Shown: positions 14,675 to 28,003, counted from the first letter of the stretch. The stretch is DNA of 64,000 nt from Octopus vulgaris (GCA_951406725.2 OX597822.1:83142001-83206000); one strand, 5' to 3'. The notes: generated by a model not told the origin, from the letters alone. Made by a program: numbers and translations.

Positions 14675-15268
14675 TTAGGCTTCGTCTACAAAATGATTCA
14701 ATCTACCGCCTCTTGTCAAGCACAACCACCTTGAGATAGCCGCGACCGTCAAAACGTAGATTGAAATTGATAGCGTGAAAAGAGTATTATAAGAAATGTG
14801 GTCTGTTGGGACATGTGATGTCATCAATGTAGTTATAGGAATATCACTTTTAGAAAAATATTCCAATAATGTTATTTACGTAGTGTGGATACTTTTGGGA
14901 ATAAAAGCGTCCACACGTTCATTGCTTTTAGGTATAATAAAATTATTCTCATCAATCCATGTCTTCTGCTCCACAAGGGCTGCTTGTCGGCGTAATTGTT
15001 TAACCGCGACATAATTCAATTTTGGAAAAGTTCGTCACAGTGTAGTTCTCATTCCAATCTTACAGACAAGGGAGAGATCAATGTTTGCCATTCTATATAA
15101 ATTAAATATGTTATTATTGATTGTATAACTCCGAGAACAATGCACTTCATAATTTCGGTGTCTTCTCAAGCCAAAACTAAAACAAATGCTGTTTGTCTTT
15201 CTCGTTTCTGCACCACTATCGTTAATGGTGTTCAGGCACGTTAAAACCAAGCTTGAGACGAATATCAT
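14675..15268 (-). pseudogene. Possible pseudogenised small membrane-protein frame
   Basis: ORFs 15035..15268 and 14675..14866 share a frame (offset 402 nt), bridged by a mostly open stretch; two in-frame stops in total. Hydrophobic N-terminus and C-terminal hydrophobic segment; no recognised family. Confidence 0.25.
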
Positions 15269-15432
15269 TACGGATTTGAATAAAAAAAAGTTAATTCTCC
15301 ACTGAATCTACTCATCAGAATAACCAGTTGTTTAGCAAGACTGATAGTTATGGAATTAATGTTGGACATGAGATTCATCCCAAATTCAATGGAGAATCTC
15401 GCATACTAAGTAGACAACTGCCCACACCGGAG

Positions 15433-15518
<86 letters not shown>

Positions 15519-15630
15519 GTATGTATGTATGTATGTATGTATGTATGTATCTATCTATCTATCTATCAATCTGTTTGCCTCTCTGTCTGTCCGCTCGTCC
15601 GTCCACCTGCCTGTCTGCCTGCCCGCCTGC

Positions 15631-15724
<94 letters not shown>

Positions 15725-16324
15725 GTCTATCTGTTTCCCTGTCTGTCTGTCCGTCCGTCTGCCTGCCTGTCTGTCTACTTACCTTTATATTCATGTATTT
15801 CTTTGAGATCCAAGTCCTTTCCAGAATCCAAGTCGCTGAACGACGAAGTGACAACGAGTTTTTCATTTCAGTCGAAGCTGTTACCCTTCACTTCTGAAGA
15901 CGTTGAATCTACTGTGCTACTTGTTTTTAAGCCTGGTCATCTATTCTATCGCCTCTTTTTGCCAAAACGCTATGTTACGGGGTCGTAAACACACCAACAC
16001 CGGTTACCGGTTGTCATGTGGTGACACAAAATCACCCGCACATAAACCGCGATAGGTGAACTGCGATATGACGAGGGATTACTGTATTATGGAAGTCTTG
16101 TACTGTTTTGACGCTGACTGATGTGCGCAAAACTTTATTTTCTTGTTAAGAATCAACGAAAAATCTGAACCTATGTAACAGAAGTTAGCGTCATATTCTA
16201 AAACTTTGCTTGTTTGGAATCACCTTTAAATATTAATATCTTACAAAGATTGTGCCATTTTGGAGTGGATATAATTGAGTGAAACTGGACCCCAGTTCAT
16301 ATATATTAAGGACCCTGATCATTT

Positions 16325-17615
16325 CAGGGTGTTCAGGCTAAATTTGGGATTTTTTTCTTTTATTTCTTTCAGTCATTTTGATTGCGGCCATACTGGAGCA
16401 TTGCTTTTAGTCGAACAAATCAACTCCAGGACTTATTCTTTGTAGGCCTAGTACTTATTCTATCGATCTCTTTTGTCGAACCGCTAAGATACGGGGACGT
16501 AAATACACCAACATCGGTTGTCAAGCGATGGTGCGGAGAAACAAAAACAGACAAACACACATACACATATACAGACATACACATATACGACAGGCTTCTT
16601 TCAGTTTCTATCTGCCAAATCCACTCACAAGGCTTTGGTCGGCCCGAGGCTATAGTAGAAGACACTTGTCCAAGGTGCCACACAGTGGGACTGAACATGG
16701 AACCATGTGGTTGCTAAGCAAGCTTCTTACCACACAGCCATGCCTGCGCCTATTTGCATGAAAGGGAAGAAAAGCACAGTGTCCCATCTAAAAAGTATTC
16801 TGAAAAAAAAATTCAACTAGATTATGATTGGGTGATAACCGTATACTCAAAGTATCCACTCTTACCTGCGGCAAGACCTCATGACGGTTCCGGAACTTGG
16901 CGCATGCGCTCCTTACTGCTTCTCTGGGAAGGTCTTCGAACTCCTCATTGATCTTGGCCACCAGCTCGGCCTTGGGGTTGAAGGTTGAGGTGTTGGTGTC
17001 CTCAACACTGCCCCAAACATAGTAACCCATGGGATTACAATCGTGGGAATTAGAAGGCTAGACATTTGTGTTAGTGAAGTCGTAGAAATTCTCTGACAAC
17101 TACTTCTGACTTTTCCCAGAGGCATGACAAGGAGCGAAATCCTGCTGCTACACATATAGACTTCCAGCAGCAATCCTCTCCAAGGGATTGACCACAATCT
17201 CCGGCAGCTTCATATAATCGTCTAAATTGAGACTAAGGTCCTGTTCATCAGTTGTTGGGTAAATTCCAGTGTGTGTGCAGACGCATTCACAACGCCTGTC
17301 GTGTCCTTCCTGCTCGCCACGCTTAACAGTTTCCATTGCAGCTGTCCATCCCACGTCATACAGCCTTAAAGTGTTCACAGAGCATTGTGCAATTGTCATT
17401 TTGTCGGCATTTGGATACCCGGCGGGAATCCTCATGATACAGACAACTCTTTTCCAGTATTCCGATAGTTTCTAGTCGTCCATGTTAGTTAACTGTTTCT
17501 CAAATACAACTTTAAATCGCTATGCTCTTCAACGCTGTTCACTGCTCTCAATACATTAAGCACTTACTGAAAAACAGAAGACATAAAAATCGTCAAATTT
17601 AGCCCGAACACCCTG
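16325..17615 (-). mobile_element. Tc1/mariner (maT-like) transposon relic with a nested SINE
   Basis: 22-bp TIRs CAGGGTGTTCAGGCTAAATTTG (16325-16346) / CAAATTTAGCCCGAACACCCTG (17594-17615). ORF 16788..17030 GYYVWGSVE...ACAKFRNR is a transposase C-terminus. Confidence 0.8.
16360..16750 (-). mobile_element. SINE family B nested just inside a TIR
   Basis: Matches 44524-44946 in reverse complement. Confidence 0.85.
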
Positions 17616-18734
17616 TAGCGTATTGATTTGTAAGATTCGCAGGGCCGACTGCTTGGTTTCCATGGCGTGTAAGTGACCATGATCACAACATGCCCGTTAA
17701 ATGGGTCTTCAGTCTGTCACGGAGTTACTCATTTACAACGTGAAATGAAGTGTTTTTCACAAGAACACAGCGCATCGGCCGGTCCGGCGATGGAAATCCC
17801 CGTTTTGCGATCGTGAGTGCAACCATCTAACCACTAAGTATATATATATACACACACCTAAAATGTATTGTATCGCAGCCATAAACTATATCAATCAAAA
17901 ATCGACATCAGTAGAATGAAAACTCATGTCGTAGATGGACTGAACTAAATACAACAAAACGTCATTCAGCGTCATGACATTTTGAGCTTCTGTGCAGTTT
18001 CCAGCCACTGCGCCGTCTTTGCTTCTACGCTATCTTTTCCCATCTTTTCTTGCATAAAACTTAGACATATTCTCAATGTCTAATTGCAATAGGTTAATTA
18101 TAAAATTTATACTCCCGTTAAAATACGTTTTACTTTCTGAGATGTAGCATATCAGAAAATAAGACTTCGAAGCAATTAAAATGTCGCTCGCAAATCGAGC
18201 AGAGAAGGAAAAAAGAAATGTTATCTCCTAACAAAACTATTATGTTTAAATCTGAATGAAACAGTAGCAAACGGGCTACAAAAACGGATATTGATTTTCT
18301 TTTGGGTAACTTTTTCGAAATCAGGTATTTATCTGGTCGACATTCCATTAAAGAGTTTTAAAAAAACAGAGATATAAAAAATAAACAATTTTATATTGCT
18401 TCTGTAAACAAATACTTCTAATATTCATCGATTGTAGATAGTAAAGTCATGCAAGGCAGCCATTTTCCTTGAAGTCATCCTAGGATATCATCCCATGCGC
18501 AATGGCAACGACCGTATCAGTTACAGTGAAACGATACGAGTTCTACAGAATATATATATTCTTGTAAACAATAGTAATGTGAGCTTGCATTGATCTATTA
18601 CAAGGCAAACATATGAAATAATAACTTAAAATATGTGTTGCTTCTTTGACACGTGTATGTATAATGACTCCGATATTGAAGCTAAACTTATATAATACTG
18701 CTTCAAATATATGGATACATATACTTGAACATAC

Positions 18735-18773
<39 letters not shown>

Positions 18774-18874
18774 TAAAAACGGTAAGATAACAAAAGAAAG
18801 AAAGATTCCTCAATATTATATAAATAGAGGAAATTTATCTATAAAATAATATGTTACATTTACTCAATAGTCAA

Positions 18875-18935
18875 GATAAAACTCTGAGTTTCAGATGCCG
18901 AAGTGGAAATCCACAACACCATCTCTTCGGTTATC
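18875..18935 (-). ncRNA. Hammerhead-like motif with U4C core
   Basis: GAUAA-CCGAAGA-[GAUG...CAUC]U-GAAA-CUCAGAG-UU-UUAUC. 5-bp stem I GAUAA/UUAUC; lies in an insert that starts at a (TA)n tract (~18771). Confidence 0.65.
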
Positions 18936-19197
18936 TGGCCATTTGAAAAACACTATGAAAAAATACCGTTATATAAAGAGAAATTACTGTGTCATTAATA
19001 TATATATACACACACCGTCCTACTGTACAGGTAATGTTGCTTTGGTGGCGGAAATGGGTTCAGGTACAACACAATCATTTGATCACCATCAACAAATCAT
19101 GTGTACGTCTCTCAGCACGAAATTGCAGCATCGTCTTTTTTGTTGCGTTACCGATACACACTATTTTATTAAACTGTTACTCAAAATCCCACGCGAG

Positions 19198-19260
19198 CGT
19201 TCGTCAGACAGTATTATCATAACAGTCTGACGAACGGATATGTGACACTAAGTAACAGCT
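19198..19260 (+). ncRNA. Decayed fold-back/HHR motif related to 11437-11472
   Basis: CGTTCGTCAGAC...GTCTGACGAACG hairpin, then CUGACGA-ACG(GAUA)UGU-GACA-CUAAG-UA-ACAG (GAAA mutated). Confidence 0.5.
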
Positions 19261-19414
19261 GGTGAAGATTTTCTTCGGCTTTAATCAGTTTTTGACTATG
19301 CTTCTGGCATTCGAGTACAATTTTTCCATCATATTTTGTACCTATGTGCTTCTCTGTATACATACATACAGAGTATGTATAGTAAAGAGTAAAACAGTAA
19401 AAGAGTAAGAAAGT

Positions 19415-20030
<616 letters not shown>

Positions 20031-20036
20031 ATATAG

Positions 20037-20225
20037 TTGAAATTTATAAAAAAACAAAAGACGAAGATAGGTGTATGAACAACAAGAAGGTGTATAAGTT
20101 TGACGCTCGGGAAAATGAAAAAGTCATTTACGTTTCGAGCCTAAGCTCTTCAACAGAAAGGAATAAGAGAAAATAAACAGAGACAGAATGAAATAAACTT
20201 GTTGATTTCAGCAGTCCAGCATGAT
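20037..20225 (-). mobile_element. ~185-bp (TA)n-inserted repeat with HHR-like variant (20125-20160)
   Basis: Homologous to 38658-38838 and truncated 41543-41652. Minus strand CUUU-CUGUUGA-A-GAGC(UUAG)GCUC-GAAA-CG-UA-AAUG. Confidence 0.7.
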
Positions 20226-21018
20226 ATATTATATATATATATATATGTAAAACTTTTGAAAACAGTGTTAGCCTTGTTCAGACTGTCATCGGTTATGACA
20301 ATGGATGATTCAGTCGTTCAATCAACTGAATTACATGCTCATTGACTCAACATATAATTGGCTGCGTATTCCACAGAAACGTATGTACCGAATGCCGTTC
20401 AAAAGCAGTATCAACATGGCACATTGTCAGACGGAGTTGTGCCTTTCAATTAATGACGAAATCCATCCGACGGACATCTGAACGATTTTTATCGAGCCAA
20501 TTTATTCACAAGGCGCTGACTGACGCAGGGCTATAGTAGAAGGCAGTAGGCCGAGACACCGTGCAGTTGGACTGAACCCGAAACCACATGGTTAAAAGCG
20601 AGCATCTCAACAATAGACAATTGCTTGTATAAATGATATACATTTCTAAAATAGCTAATTTTCTTAATTTAATTTATGAATCCATTTTTTGTGGCGGATT
20701 TCGAAAGTTCTGTCAAAGTTCTAAAGAGATTTGTACAACAACTTGAAACTATTACTTTTATTGATATTTCTGTTATTGTCGCATTACACTAGTTTTCAAT
20801 GTTACTGTATATAGACAGCCACTTATGTGCATGATTCTGCTTGCATCTCCGCTGCTGAAGTTATCACGACATCCTAGATTTCCTGACTACCAGAAACAAT
20901 GTGTTCAACACTCTTTGTCTCTCCCTATGGGTGCGTTTAAAAATATATACACACACATTTTTATATACATACATATATGTAAATGTTTATATATATGCCT
21001 GCGTATATATATGTCTGT

Positions 21019-21654
21019 ATCCTTAAATCCTTAAATCCTTAAAAATGTTTTAGCCCGAAGGCCGCAGCCATGCTGGGGCACCACCGCTGAATGAGCTACA
21101 CTAATTTGTTAATCCACCTCTGATACGTGGCACTTGATCAACAAGGGAGTCCGATGCTGCTGCCCGCATCCGCGTCTCCTGTCGTGAGGTAGGTTCATCT
21201 GGGACTCCCAACAAGAAGAGATCCAGTTTAGTTTTAAAGAAACCCACATCCACACCATGTAAGTCTCTCGGGCATTTAGGGAGGATGTTAAAGAGCTGTG
21301 GTCCTCTGAAACCCAAGTTGTTGCAGTATCTGGACCTGTATTTTGATGGTGATGTTGGAATCCTTGGCACCACGCAGCGGCGCCCCGTTCCGCGGTTGGG
21401 GTAACTTTGAATGCCAAAGTTTGGGACAAGACTCTCCAGGATTTTCCAGATGTATATCACCGCATATCTCTCCCGCCTCCGCTCTAGGGGGAAAAGGTTT
21501 AATACCTTCAGTCTTTCCCAGTAGCTGATATTTTGCATTGAGACGATTTTCTTTGCGTAGCTTCTTTGAATTGCTTCGAGTTCTGCTGTTAGTTTTATAT
21601 TGTGTGGTGACCACAGTTGGGAGCAGTAGTCCAAGCGGCTGAGGACGAGGACGA
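21019..21654 (-). mobile_element. 5'-truncated CR1-group LINE (RT C-terminus + 3' tail)
   Basis: [15 protein letters not shown]...LEAIQR...[20 protein letters not shown]...IYIWKIL typical of a CR1-type ORF2 end. 3' stem-loop followed by three TTAAGGAT-like tail repeats. Confidence 0.85.
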
Positions 21655-21680
21655 TATATATATATATGTATATATATATG

Positions 21681-21749
<69 letters not shown>

Positions 21750-22009
21750 CACAACCACATTTATTGTATGTATATATATATATGTATATATATGTATATA
21801 TTTATATATGTATATATATATGTATGTATAGATATGTATATGTATATATATATATGTATGTATATATATATGTATGTATATATATATATATGTATATATA
21901 TATGTATATATATATTTATATATATATATGTATATATATATGTATATATATATATATAATGTATATATATATGTGTGTATATATATATGTATATACATGT
22001 ATATAAATA

Positions 22010-22046
<37 letters not shown>

Positions 22047-22694
22047 TTTATGTTTTTATGTAACCTTTTCACATTAGCTGTATATTGCATTTACACCATT
22101 TTGAGATTGATTCATTTCATTCATATTGTGAGTTCTCTCTAAAACATATCCTAAAATGTAAAAATAATTCCAATATATCTGCGAAATATTTATAAATACA
22201 ATTGCTTAATAGCTCATATCTCTACGTATATGTTTCAAGTATATTTTTTCAACGTACTTTACAAAATTTCGAGCGATATTGCAATGCTATTTCCACAGCA
22301 AATTAAAAAGTATTTTTGTTCAACATATTTCAGATATATACATAAAACATCTCTTGACTCTAGACCTCCTGACTGGCGAAAACAATACATGGAATTCACA
22401 TCTATATAAAGCTATCTTTTGGAATTACAAAACAGTACGCCTGCAGATAAGCAAGCAATCTACTTCACTGCATGACTTGAATATATTTACTCATCACATC
22501 ACTCTTCATATTAGTTTTATATATATATATCGTGAAGTATATTTGCCACCTAAATGTGTCTGACACATGTGGGACGATGCTACTGTGGTTTATAGTCCCA
22601 GAAAGACATCTCCTCCAACTGGCTAACGGCACACTGTGCCCGATCAGTATTTGCGAAGGGAAATCATCGTTCCCATCTCTAGCCTGACGTGATA

Positions 22695-22740
22695 CACACG
22701 GACCTGGGTTTCTGGGTAGTAAACCCGTCATCAGCGTGTG
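22695..22740 (-). ncRNA. Type-I hammerhead ribozyme with canonical core and GUC site
   Basis: CACACG-CUGAUGA-C[GGGU(UUACU)ACCC]A-GAAA-CCCAGG-UC-CGUGUG; 6-bp stem I. Confidence 0.85.
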
Positions 22741-22754
22741 ACAATCACCGGCTA

Positions 22755-24577
22755 TTTTCTTTATTATAGATACAAGGCCTAAACACAGAGGGGACATACA
22801 TGGACATGCGGGAACAAAAGAACACATAAAAGAATGTAAAATGAATTAAATTACAATGAATATGAGACGATTTTCTTGGTCCCGTTCCGAGACGAAACCG
22901 TGATTTCTTTTTACATTTAAATCAACGTTCTTACAGTCTTTTTTTTCTGTATAGTTCTTTTTAATTTTCTTTTTCTTTTAAACTTTTTAACAGTCTGTTT
23001 TCTTTTTTTTTCTTTTATATAAAACACAAATTGTACTCACTTGCTTTTAAATGTTCATAACGGGTTTCAAATCCTCCAATTCCACCCAACATGTATCGGG
23101 CCTACACTGCAGAGTTCACAAAATCCTTATAAATCACCACAGGCGGCAATTCGTCGTATTGAAACCGTTTCCTTGTAATTTCCATTCTGCTTCCAAATAT
23201 TTCTTTTAATCTTGCTGCTCTTTCGTTCTCCAGTAGCACTGCTTTCATAATACAGTCCTCTCCATTGTCTGCTAATTTCACCCTTATTATGCCTTTCATT
23301 TTTGTTATACGCTTTTCCATCTCTACACTTTTCTCGTTTACGACTAACACTCGTTCATGTTTTCTTTTACGTGGCTTTCTCGGCTGTATTTCTTCACTCG
23401 CTACACCAGTAACAGATGTCTTCATTTCTGTTTGTTGTTCGTTTCCTTGTTTCTTCTGTCTTTCCTTCTCCTTACTCGTTGAAGGCTCTGGCTCTTGAGT
23501 TCGATTCTCCGTTGCTCCCTCATTTTTTCTTTTCTCTTTTTTCTTCTCTTCCGCCTTTCTTTTCTTTTTCGGTGGAGATTCGCTATTTCCTTTCTTCTCT
23601 ACCATTGTAGACTCTGTTTCCTTCTCCGATATCATATTCGCTTCTATCTGACTTCTTTCGTCTACCGCTTCTTGTTCTTGTTTCTGGGGACAGTTTATCT
23701 TCATGTGTCCCCTTACTCCGCATTTAAAGCATATTGGTGGTCTACCCTCCACCATGACTCTCAGTCTGGTCTCATTGGGTAGGACAATTTCTTCTGTCAT
23801 TTTGTGGAGTCAGGCAAGCTGATAAGGACCATTACCTCTAGGCCATACCCTCCACCAATTGACCTCCGCTGTCTTGGACATTTTCAATATTTCCACCTTC
23901 TCCTCTGTGTTGTAGAGGGTGGCTGCCATAAGCCAGTCCTCATTAATTTCGGGTGGCACTCTCCCTATTCTCACTCTGGCTGCCCGTCTGCCCGTCTTCC
24001 ACAGTAAGTAGGTAAGAGTGCCCACTGTGCCGGTTTCAAGGCCACGGAAGAGTACTTTTTTTTACTTCGCTCTCATTAACGAAGCGTAACTCCACTGTGC
24101 CAAACTTTCTCCTCTGTTACAGAAAGTTGTCACTTCCATAACGTCCTTCAAACACCTCTCCATTTCCTCCACGGCTGCCATTTCCATTTTCTGTGTCGCC
24201 ATGTTCAACGTTCGACAGGTTATCATTTTTCTTTCGAAACCCTCTGCCACCTCTGGTGGGTATTAATCCCAAACATTCCTCCTCCCTCCTCAATAGGTTG
24301 TCAAACTTCTTATAATCTACATTTTTCACCTCCAGCTCCTGCACTTGCAGCGGCTCTGCAGTCAGGCTTTTGCCTGTTACCGCAGGACAACTGCCTGTCC
24401 GGGTCTGCTCACTTCCGCTATTCACTGCTTCACCCATAATGGGGAATCCAAACAAAACCTTCAACGACCACAATAAATTACAAATTTAACAATCACAATT
24501 TCAACAATTCAACTATTCAGCCAAACAAAGCAACGGCCCACATGGGGGCGGAATGAAAACACAACCACTTCAGAAGA
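22755..24577 (-). mobile_element. Tx1/L1-like LINE derivative (frameshifted ORF1, ORF2 absent) with 17-bp TSD
   Basis: TSD GTGACAATCACCGGCTA (22738-22754) / GTGACAATCACTAGCTA (24578-24594). ORF1 fragments 24473-23102. 3' end TGTCCCCTCTGTGTTTAGGCCTTGTATCTATAATAAAGAAAA resembles the tails at 60470-60511 and 61284-61325. Confidence 0.75.
23102..24473 (-). pseudogene. Gag-like ORF1 with CCHC zinc knuckle (frameshifted)
   Basis: RVRIGRVPPEI and RLRVMVEGRPPICFKCGVRGHMKINCP (CX2CX4HX4C), followed by a charged K/E-rich tract; split over four ORFs. Confidence 0.75.
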
Positions 24578-24905
24578 GTGACAATCACTAGCTAACGATG
24601 TGAAAGTAAGTCCAAACGCAAAATACTATATGTTTTTTCCAGTGACAAACTGTCGCTGATCTTGAAACAGGAGAAATAAGCAATAATAAATCTCTGAGCG
24701 AGATGTAAACAGTAGCAGCACGACATGGTGAACTATATTTGCCACCTAAATATGGCTGACCCATATGCGACGATGCTACTGTTGTTTATAGCACCAGGAA
24801 GACATCTCCTCCAGCCGGCTATAAACTACAGTACCATCTTCTTCTATGGGTCAGCCACATTTAGGTGGCAAATATACTTAACGATGTCATGCTGTTACTG
24901 TTTAC

Positions 24906-25337
24906 GGATCTTTTCGGTTTGAACGGCAGTTTTTTCTAGCGGTGTCATATGAAATTGTCACCCATAATTATGACCCTAGTATCGATCTATTGCATTTCAA
25001 TCTGTTTTAGGGTTAGGGTTAGTAAGGGTTAGTTAGGGGTGGGGGAAAGGGTATCTTTTTTTCTTCACTAATGTAAATAAACCCAATCTGTTTCTTAAAC
25101 GAGGGACATATTCATACGGCACGGAATGTTTTCACCTTAATAAACGTCATTGATTGGTTGAAATTGCAGAAATTGAAGAAAAAACAACAACAAATATCTT
25201 ACAAACTATAGAATTTTTCCAATAAAGCCAAGAGAAAGAGATGTTTTATAAACACATTCTACTAATATGCGAAGTTTAAAAGTGTTTAGTTACGTGCAAA
25301 TTATTAAAAAAAACTGCCGTTCAAACCGAAAAGATCC
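24906..25337. mobile_element. MITE with ~30-bp TIRs and 8-bp TSD (Merlin-like)
   Basis: TIR GGATCTTTTCGGTTTGAACGGCAGTTTTTT at both ends. TSD CTGTTTAC at 24898-24905 and 25338-25345. 5'-GG termini plus 8-bp TSD fit Merlin. Internal TTAGGG-like repeats at 25007-25040. Confidence 0.85.
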
Positions 25338-27134
25338 CTGTTTACATCTCGCTCAGAGATTTATTATTATTTATATGTATGTAAGTGTGTGTTTGTGAGT
25401 GTGTGCGTGTGTGTGTTTAAAGGGTAGTCGTTGTTATGTGTATCTATAATCTTCTGGGTTCGACTATTATTAGAAAAGAAAGAATTGAATGTGCATGTAG
25501 ACCAAAATATTATATTGTAATGTAACTATTGAAAACTCCAATGCTCTACAATGCCCAAAAGCAAAAACAAAACAAAAACGAAAAGCAAAACAAAGAAAAG
25601 AACATTCCTATCAGCTTCGTAATGAATCCCGTTTTCTCATTTCCTCTCCTTCGTCACCAGAAGAGTTTTCACTTTATTTTCTTTCTAATTCATTTCTTAT
25701 GGTTTACATTACTTCGGGGTAAAAACTTCCGATGTTTGAAGCTAGAGAACAGCTCTGTTGCCTCTTAATATCTCACCACCATCTTCTAATTGAAAGATTT
25801 TTCTGTCATTTGTTTCGATGAGAAATCATTCCAATTAGCTGCTTTGAAATAATGTAAAAAGATATAAGAAAACATGAAAAAATATCAAAAATGGTAAAAT
25901 CTTGTTTTGGGTATTAACTAGAATTCTAATTAAATCTTTGGGCTTCCGCAGGCAAATCCTTTTCATAGCTTGCTGAATCATTCGCTGCATATATTTTTAG
26001 AAATTAATTTATTTGTTGCAAAGAAGAATATAGAGCTGAAACTCGAATTTACTTCATAATGTTTTTGAAATTATATTTGTTATCACCTTGTACATGTGAA
26101 TATATACATATGCGATATATCATATATATCTATACATGTGTGTGCGCGCCCGAGCATATCTGTGTTTGTGTGTATATACGTATGCATATGGTGCAACTTA
26201 AATTTGAATTGCGTAACAAATAACCAGTATTTATAATTCCAGATGTATCTCCGTATATCTGAAAGGAAACCGTGCGATGGATTCGTATTATATTCTTGAT
26301 ATAATTTGGTTGCATTCTATAGCTGGATATGTCACAGAGCTTTAAAAACCAAAACGGGTGAGTTTTATCATCGTACGTCCGTTTCATTCGCAAAGTTAGA
26401 TTATCAGTTATATAAATTATATAACACATTGTAATATCTTCAGAGATGCGTAACTCCTATTCGTAATACAAACTATATAATCCAGTGGTGTTAGCAAGTC
26501 TTCAGAGGTGCATATCTTTCGTCCATAATTTTACGTTTAAAAAATAGGATTAGTGATAATGTTACGATCACTGGCTCACTAAGGACTGCCATTAAGTAGG
26601 TGAAGAATTTAGTTTATATATTTGGCATTTGGTGGCGGAAAACCTTATCGGAGACAAAAAAAGGGAAAATTAGAAAGGAAGATTTTGCGTTGCCAAACGA
26701 CTCTGATGTTTCTAACTAAAGTTTTAACACTTATATTCACTAGGACAATAAGGCGATTGAAATTAGGATATTTAACGTAACTATGTACATTGTCGTAGGC
26801 TTAATGTTATTTCTTAATTAAGTGCCTCCTATGATGTTCCAATCTATGCTAAATCTACAGTAGACATAGTTTACAGATATAATATTAAAAATTCTTAGAA
26901 CGATGCCGAAGAAAGCTCAACATTACGACAGATGAAAGACTGAGTCTATAGCAACCTAGATAAGACCACTTTTCTGAATATAATGGTGTATAATAATGAT
27001 AATTCAACATCTTGGGAATTCAAGACGCTCTTGCTTTCTATTTTATAACATTTGAATTTTATATAAATTAGCTCTATGCTTTACCTCCCGAATACGGATA
27101 CTGCCTTATTTTTGATATCAATACGATTGTATTC

Positions 27135-27238
<104 letters not shown>

Positions 27239-27285
27239 GTCTGTCAGTCTATCTGTCTGTCTGCCTGTGTGCCTGCCTGCCTGCC

Positions 27286-27383
<98 letters not shown>

Positions 27384-27890
27384 GAAACACACATACATAT
27401 GCGTATGTATGTGCGTTTGTATTTATGGTGAAGATACGTGACTTAGGGGTTGGGACGTTCAACTTACGATCGTAATGTTGTGCACTCGTTTCTTGGTCCA
27501 GGCAGAAGGTTTGGCACTTCATTTCTCATTGTTCCAGTGTACTCAGCTGAAAAGATATATCATCTACTGCTAGTGCAGCTCTTTATTTCTGTAGCTGTTA
27601 CACCTACAATGCTCTACTATGTTAAAGCTAGAAATCCCGCGTATGTATCGATGCTTACGACTAGATTGAGATATAAAACAATCAGTGGAACTATGGGAAT
27701 TAGTTAATACAGTTCTATATTTAAGAGATGAGGAATTATGTACATTATTTACATTATTTTACAATTGACGGATATTTGTCCTCAACTTTTTTGTTGTTAA
27801 CACAAGGTTTCGGCTTATATACCCTCCGGCCTTCATTAGGTGTCTTGGCGAAATTTCGAACCTGGGTTCTCATTCCTAAGGTATTTTTCG

Positions 27891-28003
27891 TTCTTCTTCT
27901 TCTTCTTCTTCTTCTTCTTCTTCTTCTTCTTCTTCTTCTTCTTCTTCTTCTTCTTCTTCTTCTTCTTCTTCTTCTTCTTCTTCTTCTTCTTCTTCTTCTT
28001 CTT
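27891..28003. repeat. (TTC)n microsatellite
   Basis: Perfect trinucleotide run abutting the 3' end of the LINE fragment. Confidence 0.95.

Larger units (their letters stand above)
22529..25367 (-). mobile_element. Retrozyme/PLE-like tandem unit (~356-bp monomer) with inverted terminal arm, interrupted by two nested elements
   Basis: 22529-22624 is directly repeated at 24725-24820. 24682-24792 is inverted at 24818-24905 + 25346-25367. HHR at 22695-22740. Removing the inserts gives a 224+132 bp monomer. Confidence 0.8.

Noticed and set aside
23102-23800. 232-aa zinc-knuckle ORF as a host gene
   Set aside because: It is part of a frameshifted ORF1 inside a TSD-bounded retroelement.
25007-25040. 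TTAGGG repeats as a telomere or fusion scar
   Set aside because: Only a few degenerate units, located inside a TIR/TSD-bounded MITE.
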